Part shown: positions 28,985 through 39,076 of the stretch, piece by piece | How positions within the stretch are numbered: position 1 is the stretch's first letter | Layout: each line of letters opens with the position of its first letter | Assembly: GCA_003568415.1 (NCBI GenBank) | Contig: PWXV01000324.1 | Span: 8,736-72,735, forward strand | Source: Ignavibacteriales bacterium | GTDB taxonomy: Bacteria > Bacteroidota > Ignavibacteria > T3Sed10-11 | Length of the DNA stretch: 64,000 bases | Reading direction: 5' to 3' | The notes under the pieces: generated by a model | What the model was told of the DNA's origin: nothing | Database searches by the model: none | The model's input: the letters and a program-made list of their open reading frames with translations, nothing else | Made by a program: the position numbers and the translations under genes

Positions 28985-29437
28985 TTGTCGGAACAAAAAG
29001 AGAAATATCAGTTAACACTGAAGAGTTCACCGGAAAACGTCGGGGAGGTCGAGCCGTTTTTAGAAGATGTGAATAACAAAATTAAACTTGGTGAGGTTGA
29101 GTTTCATAAGTTATTGGTCGCAACTACCGAAGCAGTCAATAACGCAATTATGCATGGTAATAAGTCGAATGTGCAGAAAAATGTTACCGTTATTGTTGTG
29201 ATAAGAAAACACTATATAGTGGTTCGGGTAAGAGATGAAGGAGAGGGCTTCGACCCGAATATAATCCCGAATCCGCTGGATGAGGAAAATTTATTGAAAG
29301 AAAGCGGGAGAGGCCTGTTTTTAATGCAAACCCTCATGGATGAGGTTGAAGTCCGTGCAAATGAACACGATACGGGATGTGAAGTTCGGATGTCGTTATA
29401 TACCGGACCAAAATCAGGATTGAAAGACGATGAGTAA
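28985..29437 (+). CDS. RsbW-like anti-sigma factor/serine kinase (HATPase_c)
   Basis: TEAVNNAIMHGN, VRDEGEGFDP, SGRGLFLM; TTG start after GGGAG. Confidence 0.88.
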   Translation: MSEQKEKYQLTLKSSPENVGEVEPFLEDVNNKIKLGEVEFHKLLVATTEAVNNAIMHGNKSNVQKNVTVIVVIRKHYIVVRVRDEGEGFDPNIIPNPLDEENLLKESGRGLFLMQTLMDEVEVRANEHDTGCEVRMSLYTGPKSGLKDDE

Positions 29438-29438
29438 C

Positions 29439-29470
29439 ATCCGGGATACCCTGGAACGGGTACCCCGGAT
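29439..29470. terminator. Hairpin between convergent genes, probable terminator
   Basis: atccgggataccc-tggaac-gggtaccccggat; no clear T run. Confidence 0.5.
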
Positions 29471-29485
29471 ATCTACTTGTTTTAA

Positions 29486-30442
<957 letters not shown>

Positions 30443-30528
30443 TTATTTAGACGCATCTAACATTGTGTAATCTATGGCAGGAGCATCCGCTCTCGATGCG
30501 GATATGAGGTAAAGATTAAGATAAATAT

Positions 30529-30558
30529 AAAAAAGCCGAAGTTTGTTATGCTTCGGCT
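30529..30558 (-). terminator. Terminator of rplU-rpmA
   Basis: agccgaag/cttcggct stem spanning the rpmA stop, followed by a T run on the minus strand. Confidence 0.65.
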
Positions 30559-30803
30559 ATAATGTTAACTCTTTTTCTGTTTTTTCCGAATCGCTGAAAT
30601 TTCACAGTGCCATCCTTCAGTGCAAAGAGCGTATCGTCGCTTCCTTTGCCGACATTAATGCCGGGATGAATTTTTGTGCCGCGCTGGCGCATAATAATGC
30701 TGCCTGCGGTTACTGTTTGCCCGCCGAAGGCTTTCACGCCCAGACGTTTGGCAACACTATCGCGACCGTTTTTTGTACTTCCAAGACCTTTTTTATGTGC
30801 CAT
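30546..30803 (-). CDS. rpmA: 50S ribosomal protein L27
   Basis: [30 protein letters not shown]. Confidence 0.98.
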   Translation of the reverse strand: MAHKKGLGSTKNGRDSVAKRLGVKAFGGQTVTAGSIIMRQRGTKIHPGINVGKGSDDTLFALKDGTVKFQRFGKNRKRVNIIAEA

Positions 30804-30826
30804 AATCTTACCTCGTAAAAAAATAC

Positions 30827-31135
30827 TTATGAAATCTTTTCAATGTGCAGTGTTGTGTAATGCTGGCGGTGACCGCGTTTTACTTTGTAGTCCTTGCGTC
30901 GTTTTTTCTTAAACACAATTACTTTTTCACCACGGCCATGCTCAAGCACTTTTGCTTCTACACGATGCCCGTCTAACGATGGAGTTCCGATATTCGTTTT
31001 TTTATCGTCTGAAATAAGTAAAACCTTATCAAAGCTTACTTTGTCGCCGATTTTGTTCGGTAACCTATCGACGGTAACCGTATCTTTCGGGGATAATGTA
31101 TATTGTTTTCCCTGAATTTCAACCACTGCAAACAT
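30827..31135 (-). CDS. rplU: 50S ribosomal protein L21
   Basis: [13 protein letters not shown]...GHRQ; upstream of rpmA. Confidence 0.97.
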   Translation of the reverse strand: MFAVVEIQGKQYTLSPKDTVTVDRLPNKIGDKVSFDKVLLISDDKKTNIGTPSLDGHRVEAKVLEHGRGEKVIVFKKKRRKDYKVKRGHRQHYTTLHIEKIS

Positions 31136-31188
31136 AAGTCTTGTTTCCTTACAAATACTTACTTAATGTGCTAATATTTAAGACAACC

Positions 31189-31217
31189 AATTTACAAAAA
31201 ATATTTTTCAATGTCAA
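31189..31217 (-). promoter_or_regulatory. Sigma70-type promoter of rplU-rpmA
   Basis: Minus strand TTGACA-N17-TAAATT. Confidence 0.6.
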
Positions 31218-31251
31218 TTCAAAAAAATTATCCGAAAAAAGGCAACTTTTA

Positions 31252-31280
31252 TTGACAATAGTGCTAATTATCTGTAAATT
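31252..31280 (+). promoter_or_regulatory. Sigma70-type promoter of purN-purH
   Basis: TTGACA-N17-TAAATT. Confidence 0.6.
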
Positions 31281-31322
31281 TCTGGTACTTTTGCGCATAT
31301 TTGTAAGTAACTATTTAACCGA

Positions 31323-31964
31323 TTGGCCAAAGTGCTTAATGTAGCGGTGTTTGCGTCCGGCCGGGGGTCGAATTTCCGGGCAATCTTAGACAATATTGAC
31401 CGGGGCGAGATAAAAGCACGCATATCAATAATTATAAGTAACAGGAGTGATGCCGGCATATTTAACATCGCTCAGGATAGAAATATTCCGTACCGGCATA
31501 TAAACCCATCGGATTATACCACTGAAAAAGATTACTGTAGTGAAGTTCTCTCGCTTCTCGATGAGTGTAGTGTCGGTTTGATTGTTCTTGCCGGATATTT
31601 GAAGAAAATTCCATCGGAGATTATCACACAATATCGCAATAGAATAATGAATATACATCCGGCATTGTTGCCTGCATTCGGGGGCCAGGGGATGTATGGG
31701 ATGAAAGTTCACCAAGCGGTTGTAGAGTACGGGGCCAAGGTAACCGGTGTGACGGTTCACTTTGTTGATGAGGAATACGATCACGGTCCCATCATACTCC
31801 AGGAGCCAATCGGTGTTGATGATGATGATACTCCGGAATTACTTGCGGAAAAGGTACTTTCGGTTGAACACAGAGTATACTCCCGCGCAATTAAATTATT
31901 TGCAGAAGATCGATTATCTATTGATGGCAGACGTGTATACGTAAAAAACAATAAAGGAAAATAA
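31323..31964 (+). CDS. purN: Phosphoribosylglycinamide formyltransferase
   Basis: ASGRGSNF, LAGY, NIHPALLP.FGG, GVTVHFVD..YD.GPII. Confidence 0.96.
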   Translation: MAKVLNVAVFASGRGSNFRAILDNIDRGEIKARISIIISNRSDAGIFNIAQDRNIPYRHINPSDYTTEKDYCSEVLSLLDECSVGLIVLAGYLKKIPSEIITQYRNRIMNIHPALLPAFGGQGMYGMKVHQAVVEYGAKVTGVTVHFVDEEYDHGPIILQEPIGVDDDDTPELLAEKVLSVEHRVYSRAIKLFAEDRLSIDGRRVYVKNNKGK

Positions 31965-31966
31965 CG

Positions 31967-33508
31967 TTGATAACTATCAGACGGGCACTGATAAGTGTTT
32001 CGTATAAAAAGGGAATTGTTGAATTTGCGGAGGCATTACATAAACGGGGTATCGAGATAATTTCAACAGGAGGTACAGCGAAAACGCTCACTGAAAAAGG
32101 TATTCCCGTTACCTCGATATCGGATGTAACAGGTTTTCCGGAAATACTGGATGGCCGGGTGAAGACGTTACATCCCTCCGTGCATGGTGCTTTGCTTGCA
32201 CGGTCAGATATTGAATCCGACACCGAAACACTCGCTTTGCATAAAATCGAGCCGATAGAACTCGTCGTTGTAAATCTCTATCCGTTTGAAGAAACGGTGA
32301 GTAACGGAACCGTTTCGGTAGATACAGCAATAGAACAGATTGATATTGGCGGTCCAACAATGATACGTGCTGCTGCGAAGAATTTTAAACATCGCGCAGT
32401 GATTGTTAATCCGAATCACTATGATGAAATTCTCCGGGAAATTGAAACCCATAACGGGGCTTTGCCTGAGGAGAGTACTTTCCGGCTTGCTCAGGAAGCA
32501 TTTCAATATACTGCACACTACGATTCGGTTATTGCACGGTATCTGAATTCGCTCACGGATGAATCTAGTGGACTTCCGGATATATTATCGTTATCACTAA
32601 CTAAAGAAATGACGTTGCGGTATGGTGAGAACCCCCATCAGCAGGCAGCACTATACGGGCGCTTCTCGCGATATTTTCAACAATTACACGGTAAAGAATT
32701 ATCGTATAACAATATTCTTGATCTTACTGCTGCATGTCAACTGGTCAGCGAATTTGATCGCCCTACGGTTGCCATTATCAAACATAACAATCCGTGCGGT
32801 GTAGCAAGCGGTGATCGCCTGGCGACAGCATATCAGCGGGCATTTGATGCAGACAGAACATCTGCATTCGGGGGCGTAATAGCGGTGAATCGTCCCCTCG
32901 ATATGGCTACGGCCGAAGCGATCAATAAGATATTTACCGAAGTAATTATTGCACCCTCATATGAAAATGACGTACTTACTTTTTTACAGAAGAAAAAAGA
33001 TAGACGTATTGTTCGCCAGGCAGTCGATTTACGATATATACAGGAGATGGATATGCGAAGTGTGTATGGGGGTATATTGGTACAGGATCGGGATAGTAAA
33101 CGAATAACGAAAAACCAATTTCAGGTAGTGACAAAACGCAAACCCGATGATCGGGAATTAGAATCATTGCTGTTCGCCTGGCGGGTAGCAAAACATGTTA
33201 AATCGAATACAATAGTTTTTGCCCGTGACGATCAGTCCCTGGGAATCGGGGCGGGCCAGATGTCGCGTGTAGATTCTTCAAAAATTGCTGTAAAAAAAGC
33301 AAATGACGCCGGTTTTAATCTCAAAAACAGCGTGGCGGCAAGCGATGGATTTTTCCCTTTCGCCGATGGAGTCATCGAGCTTGCACGTGCCGGGGCAACC
33401 GCCGTAATTCAACCGGGAGGATCGATTCGGGATCAGGAAGTTATTGATGCAGCCGATAATTATAATTTGACTATGGTATTTACCGGTATTCGCCATTTTC
33501 GGCATTAA
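31967..33508 (+). CDS. purH: Bifunctional AICAR transformylase/IMP cyclohydrolase
   Basis: RALISV, GRVKTLHP, IDIGGP, LRYGENPHQ, KHNNPCG, ASDGFFPF, RHFRH. Confidence 0.97.
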   Translation: MITIRRALISVSYKKGIVEFAEALHKRGIEIISTGGTAKTLTEKGIPVTSISDVTGFPEILDGRVKTLHPSVHGALLARSDIESDTETLALHKIEPIELVVVNLYPFEETVSNGTVSVDTAIEQIDIGGPTMIRAAAKNFKHRAVIVNPNHYDEILREIETHNGALPEESTFRLAQEAFQYTAHYDSVIARYLNSLTDESSGLPDILSLSLTKEMTLRYGENPHQQAALYGRFSRYFQQLHGKELSYNNILDLTAACQLVSEFDRPTVAIIKHNNPCGVASGDRLATAYQRAFDADRTSAFGGVIAVNRPLDMATAEAINKIFTEVIIAPSYENDVLTFLQKKKDRRIVRQAVDLRYIQEMDMRSVYGGILVQDRDSKRITKNQFQVVTKRKPDDRELESLLFAWRVAKHVKSNTIVFARDDQSLGIGAGQMSRVDSSKIAVKKANDAGFNLKNSVAASDGFFPFADGVIELARAGATAVIQPGGSIRDQEVIDAADNYNLTMVFTGIRHFRH

Positions 33509-33570
33509 TTTTGTTTATGGCATTAAATTTGCTACATTAATATATATTCAATAAAAAGGATTTTATAAGT

Positions 33571-34596
33571 ATGGGATTATTTTCAATGTTTTCCGCCGAT
33601 CTCGCGGTCGATCTGGGAACGGCAAATACACTCATTTATATGCGTGGTAAAGGTGTTGTATTAAACGAACCTTCAATTGTTGCCTTTGACCGAAACACAA
33701 AGAAAATCGTGTCCATAGGAAATGAAGCTCGGGATATGGTTGGGAAAACACATAGTGATATTCGTACTATTAGACCGTTACGGGACGGTGTTATTGCGGA
33801 TTTTGAGATAGCCGAAGGAATGCTGCGTGCGTTTATTAAAAGAATTAACGCCAACTGGTTTCCAAGCAGGCGGATTGTAATATGTGTTCCGAGCGGTATT
33901 ACTGAAGTAGAGAAACGAGCTGTTCGTGATTCTGCAGAACATGCCGGTGCACGGGAAGTTCATCTCATTGCCGAGCCAATGGCCGCTGCTATCGGCGTGG
34001 GACTTGATGTGGAAGCACCTGTCGGGAATATGATTATTGACATCGGCGGCGGCACTACAGAAATTGCCGTTATAACACTTTCGGGTATTGCAAATGAAGA
34101 ATCAATACGGATTGCCGGCGATGAAATGAATAGTGCAATCATTCAGTACCTGAAGAAAAATCATAATGTTCTTATCGGGGAACGAACTGCCGAAGAAGCC
34201 AAATGTAAACTCGGTTCTGCGATGCCGTTAAAGGAGGAGATTACATTACCCATCAAAGGACGTGATCTTGTTAACGGTATACCGAAAACGCTCGAGGTTA
34301 GTTCCGTTGAAATACGTGAGGCATTATCAGAATCGATAACGACGATCGTTAATGCAATTAAATTAACGCTTGAGAAAACCGAACCCGAATTATCAGGTGA
34401 TATTCTCGATCGCGGCATTATGTTGACCGGCGGAGGCGCATTATTGAAAGGCCTCGATGAACGTATCCGGCTTGAATCAAGCATCCCTGTTCACGTTGTG
34501 GATGATCCGTTGACAGCGGTCGCACTCGGAACGGGGAAAGTGCTTGAAGATCTTCCAAGATATATGAAAGTCTTACTCAAAGCCCGGAATTATTAG
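33571..34596 (+). CDS. mreB: Rod shape-determining protein MreB
   Basis: DLGTANT, EPMAAAIG, DIGGGTT, LTGGGALL. Confidence 0.97.
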   Translation: MGLFSMFSADLAVDLGTANTLIYMRGKGVVLNEPSIVAFDRNTKKIVSIGNEARDMVGKTHSDIRTIRPLRDGVIADFEIAEGMLRAFIKRINANWFPSRRIVICVPSGITEVEKRAVRDSAEHAGAREVHLIAEPMAAAIGVGLDVEAPVGNMIIDIGGGTTEIAVITLSGIANEESIRIAGDEMNSAIIQYLKKNHNVLIGERTAEEAKCKLGSAMPLKEEITLPIKGRDLVNGIPKTLEVSSVEIREALSESITTIVNAIKLTLEKTEPELSGDILDRGIMLTGGGALLKGLDERIRLESSIPVHVVDDPLTAVALGTGKVLEDLPRYMKVLLKARNY

Positions 34597-34638
34597 ATGG
34601 TTTGAGAAGATACAAGCTATTTTGTATTATACAATGGT

Positions 34639-35469
34639 ATGCAACGACTAATTTATTTCATGCAAGTATATCGGGAATATGTCATTCTTGCTGCGTTGAT
34701 TGCAATTTCAGTGGCATTATTCCCCCTCAATGATAATCCTCAGATCAAGCAGCTTCGGGCGTATACTATAGCAGGACTCGGATTTTTGCATGAACCTGTA
34801 TCTGTAGTGACCGAGACGGTTACACTGCGAGCAGAGAATCAGCGGCTGCGACGCTCAAATATTCAGCTTGCCGATGAGGTGTATCAATTACGCGAAGCAC
34901 GACTCGAGAACATCCGGCTAAGAAGAAAACTGGAATTCAAGGAACGCTCATCATATGATCTTGTCGCTGCACGTGTTGTCGGGCAATCTATCGACGCTGT
35001 TCGCAATACAATTACGCTTAACGTAGGTAAAAATAACGGTGTCCGTGAACAAATGCCCATCGTTTCTGAATCAGGATTAGTAGGAAGAGTTGTGCTGACA
35101 TCGGATAATTATTCGATCGGACAGGTTTTATTAAATATGGACTTCCGGACCAGTGCAAAGGTAGAGCGGTCAAGGATAGACGGGATAGTGCAATGGGACG
35201 GCTCGACACATTTACGTTTAAGCAACGTTGCAAAAACACTTGATGTAAACGAAGGCGACGTAATTGTTACATCCGAGTATAGTAATATTTTTCCGCCGGG
35301 AATATTTATTGGCATTGTTTCCCGTGTGCAAAATATACCGGGTAGTATCACAAAAGATATACGGGTACAACCGGGGGTTGATTTCTCACGGCTTGAAGAG
35401 GTGTTCGTCATGCTGTACAAAGCCGATGAAGAAAAGATAACCCTTGAAGAATATTTTGACCGGAGATAA
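34639..35469 (+). CDS. mreC: Rod shape-determining protein MreC
   Basis: TM helix plus coiled coil EN.RLR; GLVGRV; IFPPGI.IG.V; synteny. Confidence 0.93.
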   Translation: MQRLIYFMQVYREYVILAALIAISVALFPLNDNPQIKQLRAYTIAGLGFLHEPVSVVTETVTLRAENQRLRRSNIQLADEVYQLREARLENIRLRRKLEFKERSSYDLVAARVVGQSIDAVRNTITLNVGKNNGVREQMPIVSESGLVGRVVLTSDNYSIGQVLLNMDFRTSAKVERSRIDGIVQWDGSTHLRLSNVAKTLDVNEGDVIVTSEYSNIFPPGIFIGIVSRVQNIPGSITKDIRVQPGVDFSRLEEVFVMLYKADEEKITLEEYFDRR

Positions 35470-35478
35470 CGGTCTCTT

Positions 35479-35973
35479 ATGATTAAATATGCTCGCTATG
35501 TCCTTGTTGTGGTCGCTCTGCTGGTTTTTCAGGCATCGGTTATACCTTTTATATCGCTGGTAGGTGTAACGCCTGATCTGCTGCTGATATATGTAGTAGT
35601 ATTGTCATTGCGTGAAGGCCAGATACCCGGCACAGTTGGTGGTTTCCTTATCGGCTTGGCAAGTGATTTCGTGACCGGTGATTTTTTAGGCCTGGGTGCT
35701 TTAACCAAAACTATAGCGGGATTTGTAGCGGGTTTTTTCTTTAATGAAACGAGTCCTTTACAGCCATTAAGTACATATACCTTTTTGGTGGTTGTGGGTG
35801 TTGCGGCGATTGCGCATAATATGATCCATTTCGGATTTTTATTGCAGGGTATGCCGGTAGGAGTCTCTGAAATTGTATTTAAGTTTATTATCGGAACAAC
35901 AGTGTATACGGTGGTGGTAGCTTTAATTCCGTATTTTCTTTTTTCAGCACGGTCGAAGTCAATTCATACATAA
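35479..35973 (+). CDS. mreD: Rod shape-determining protein MreD
   Basis: Hydrophobic; PDLLLI, GFLIGL..D; synteny. Confidence 0.88.
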   Translation: MIKYARYVLVVVALLVFQASVIPFISLVGVTPDLLLIYVVVLSLREGQIPGTVGGFLIGLASDFVTGDFLGLGALTKTIAGFVAGFFFNETSPLQPLSTYTFLVVVGVAAIAHNMIHFGFLLQGMPVGVSEIVFKFIIGTTVYTVVVALIPYFLFSARSKSIHT

Positions 35974-35979
35974 CACGAA

Positions 35980-37818
35980 GTGGTTATGAGTAACGGACAT
36001 TTTGGTTCAGAATCACGTAAAAGAATATTTATAACGGTTATTGTCGTTGTCTTGCTGGTTTTGATCGGACGGTTGTATCAATTGCAGCTCGTCTATCAGG
36101 ATGAGTGGGGTAAGAAGTCTCGCGAGAACAGTGTACGCACCGTTTTACAGGAGCCGGTGCGCGGATTAATGTATGATCGTCGCGGACGACTCATTGTAGA
36201 TAATCGTCCGTCGTATGCTGTTACGCTAACACCAAATGAGTTCCGGTCGGATATGATAGCCGAGCTTGCCTTCATACTCGATCTTGATGAAGAGGTTCTC
36301 TCCAATCGAATTCAACGTGCCCGCCGATGGTCAAGATTTGTGCCGAGTAAAATTAAACGGGACGTCGATTATGATGTGATCGTCCACCTTGAAGAATTTC
36401 GTGAACGGTATCCAGGAGTGGATTATGTGGTCGAGGCGAAACGTCATTACAATTCACGAGCACGTATGTCGCATATACTCGGATACACAAAAGAGATTTC
36501 CGATCGGCAGCTTGCACGGCAACCCGATATCTACCGTCCCGGCGATGTGATCGGCTCATCGGGTATCGAAGCCGCTTATGAAAATGTACTTCGTGGTGAA
36601 CGGGGATATAATTATATTGTTGTTAATGCCCGTGGTCAGTTTGTTGCAGATTATTCGGATGGACAGAAAAACGTGCCCTCCCGTGAAGGTTCCGATTTAT
36701 TCTTAACCATCGATGCTGAACTGCAGGCATATGCCGAAGAACTTCTGGAGGATCGGTCGGGATCAATTGTAGCCATTGATCCGGAAACAGGCGGTATTCT
36801 GGCACTGGTGAGTAAACCTGATTATGATCTTTCATATTTCAGCGGGGTGACCCCGCCGGATGTATGGCAACAATTAAATGCCGATACAACTCAACCATTA
36901 TTTAACAGGGCAGCATCCTCCATATATCCACCGGGATCAACGTACAAATTAGTGCTTGCTGCAGCGGCGCTTGAAGATGGTATTATTAATGAACGATGGA
37001 CCGCAAGCTGTCCCGGTTGGTACCGTTTCGGTAACAGGGTATTCAGATGTCATCGAGCCGAAGGCCACGGAAGTGTAAATGTTGTTGAAGCTATCCAGAA
37101 ATCGTGTAACGTTTTCTTTTATCAATTAATGTTGAAGGTTGGTTTCGATCGCTGGTCAAATTACGGCAGGCTTTTTGGGTTCGGTCAGAGAACAGGCGTC
37201 GGTAGTTTTGAAGAAACCGGCGGTATTTTACCAACAACTGATTATTACAACCGGATTTACGGTGTCGGACAATGGACGCGGGGTAACCTCATCAGTCTGG
37301 CAATCGGGCAGGGAGAGCTAAGCGTAACACCGATGCAGATGGCAGTCTATGCAATGCTGCTTGCGAATGAAGGCAACTACCACCAGCCACATATGGTAAG
37401 TCACATCTATGATTTCAAATCCAGGAATATTTTTGAGCTTCCGTATGAAACCAACCAGGTTCAATTATCAAAATCTACCTGGGATATTTTACGCCGGAGT
37501 ATGAATCTGGTAGTTGATTATGACGGCGGTACGGGGCGCGGCGCTCAGGTTCGTGGAGTGTCTTCGGCCGGAAAGACCGGAACATCACAAAATCCCCACG
37601 GTGAAAATCACGCCTGGTATATTGGATTTGCGCCGTATGATAATCCGAAGATTGCCGTGGCCGTAGTCATTGAAAATATCGGAGGCGGTGGTAGATACGC
37701 TGCTCCGGTTGCCGGTCGTTTGATTGAACGGTACTTGCAGGGTACGATCGTTCGCGATCGACCGCACCGCACCGTCCCGGTCATAGATGATTCACAAACA
37801 GAGGGAGATGAGGAGTGA
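35980..37818 (+). CDS. mrdA: Penicillin-binding protein 2
   Basis: P.RG..YDR.G, PPGSTYK (SxxK), SCN, KTGT. Confidence 0.95.
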   Translation: MVMSNGHFGSESRKRIFITVIVVVLLVLIGRLYQLQLVYQDEWGKKSRENSVRTVLQEPVRGLMYDRRGRLIVDNRPSYAVTLTPNEFRSDMIAELAFILDLDEEVLSNRIQRARRWSRFVPSKIKRDVDYDVIVHLEEFRERYPGVDYVVEAKRHYNSRARMSHILGYTKEISDRQLARQPDIYRPGDVIGSSGIEAAYENVLRGERGYNYIVVNARGQFVADYSDGQKNVPSREGSDLFLTIDAELQAYAEELLEDRSGSIVAIDPETGGILALVSKPDYDLSYFSGVTPPDVWQQLNADTTQPLFNRAASSIYPPGSTYKLVLAAAALEDGIINERWTASCPGWYRFGNRVFRCHRAEGHGSVNVVEAIQKSCNVFFYQLMLKVGFDRWSNYGRLFGFGQRTGVGSFEETGGILPTTDYYNRIYGVGQWTRGNLISLAIGQGELSVTPMQMAVYAMLLANEGNYHQPHMVSHIYDFKSRNIFELPYETNQVQLSKSTWDILRRSMNLVVDYDGGTGRGAQVRGVSSAGKTGTSQNPHGENHAWYIGFAPYDNPKIAVAVVIENIGGGGRYAAPVAGRLIERYLQGTIVRDRPHRTVPVIDDSQTEGDEE

Positions 37819-39059
37819 TGGGATTGACTCGAGACAACATAAAAGTGACAAACGGCTCTTCTGTTGACGGTATTCTTATTTTCTGTACCTTGCTCCTTAC
37901 CGCAATCGGACTTGCATCAATATACAGTGCAACATATGATGCCGGCTCATCAATATATTTTCAACGACAGTTAATCTGGGCTATACTTGGTACAGCAGGT
38001 ATGATTACGATGCTGTTTGTATCCCCCCGTACCGTCGAAACGATTGCAGTGATTGCTCACATAATTATGCTCTGTATTCTTGCTATGGTGCCGTTTATCG
38101 GGAAAACCGTTGCAGGGACTACTGCATGGATCGACCTTGGACCGTTTAATTTTCAACCATCGGAAGTTGCAAAAATAACAACAATACTTGTTCTTGCGCT
38201 TTACTTATCAAAAAACAATACAACTGTGAAGTCGTTCAAAACACTCGCAACTGCCGGCCTTATTGTCGCAATTCCAATGGGACTCGTTTTATTACAGGCA
38301 GATGTAGGAACATCGTTAATATTCTTCCTGATGTATATACCGGTTGTTTATTGGGCAGGTGCATCACCGTTTGTAGTGCTTGTTCTGACTGCTCCGTTCA
38401 TTATCGGCCTTGCTGCACTTATCGGCGCAACAGCTTTGCTTGTTGCCCTTGGCCTGTTACTAATTGCCCTTTTTCTGTTGCGTGAAAATGGTTTCTTATC
38501 GGCTATAGTTTTTGGATTAAATTCAGCGATTGCAGTTTCAATTCAGTTTTTCTATGAACGACTCGCACCGCACCAGCAAAGCCGCATTGCAAACTTCATA
38601 GAACCGGGCAGTGATCCGCTTGGAGTGGGTTATAATGTAATTCAATCAAAAGTGGCTATTGGGTCGGGGGGATTGGCCGGGAAGGGCTTTTTAAATGGTA
38701 CACAAACTCAATTGAATTTTATTCCTGCCCAATGGACGGATTTTATATTTTGTGTGCCGGGTGAAGAGTTTGGCTTTATTGGAGCATCGTTGGTTTTAAT
38801 ACTACTCGGCATTGTTTTTATCCGCGGGGTAAGAATTGCTTCTATCGTTAAAAGTAAATTTGCAAGTCTTGTTGCAGTAGGCTTTATCGGCATTCTCTTT
38901 TTTCATACCGTTATTAATATTGGAATGACCATCGGTTTGACTCCGGTCATCGGCATTCCTCTTCCGTTTCTGAGCTACGGTGGATCGGCGCTTTTTTCAA
39001 AGTTGATCATGATCGGTTTGCTCAGTTCGTTTTACGCTAACCGCAAAGAATACACATAA
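37815..39059 (+). CDS. rodA: Rod shape-determining SEDS protein RodA
   Basis: FQPSE.AK, QSKVAIGSGG..GKG, TDFIF...GEEFG, GIPLPFLSYGGS. Confidence 0.94.
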   Translation: MMGLTRDNIKVTNGSSVDGILIFCTLLLTAIGLASIYSATYDAGSSIYFQRQLIWAILGTAGMITMLFVSPRTVETIAVIAHIIMLCILAMVPFIGKTVAGTTAWIDLGPFNFQPSEVAKITTILVLALYLSKNNTTVKSFKTLATAGLIVAIPMGLVLLQADVGTSLIFFLMYIPVVYWAGASPFVVLVLTAPFIIGLAALIGATALLVALGLLLIALFLLRENGFLSAIVFGLNSAIAVSIQFFYERLAPHQQSRIANFIEPGSDPLGVGYNVIQSKVAIGSGGLAGKGFLNGTQTQLNFIPAQWTDFIFCVPGEEFGFIGASLVLILLGIVFIRGVRIASIVKSKFASLVAVGFIGILFFHTVINIGMTIGLTPVIGIPLPFLSYGGSALFSKLIMIGLLSSFYANRKEYT

Positions 39060-39076
39060 TTTATAGGAATACTACT

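Noticed and set aside
31168-31268. GTGCTAA copies resembling a CIRCE half-site
   Set aside because: The TTAGCACTC partner at 9-nt spacing is absent and the flanking genes are not chaperones
31136-31322. ZTP or purine riboswitch before purN-purH
   Set aside because: The region is AT-rich, filled by two promoters, and shows no aptamer-like stems
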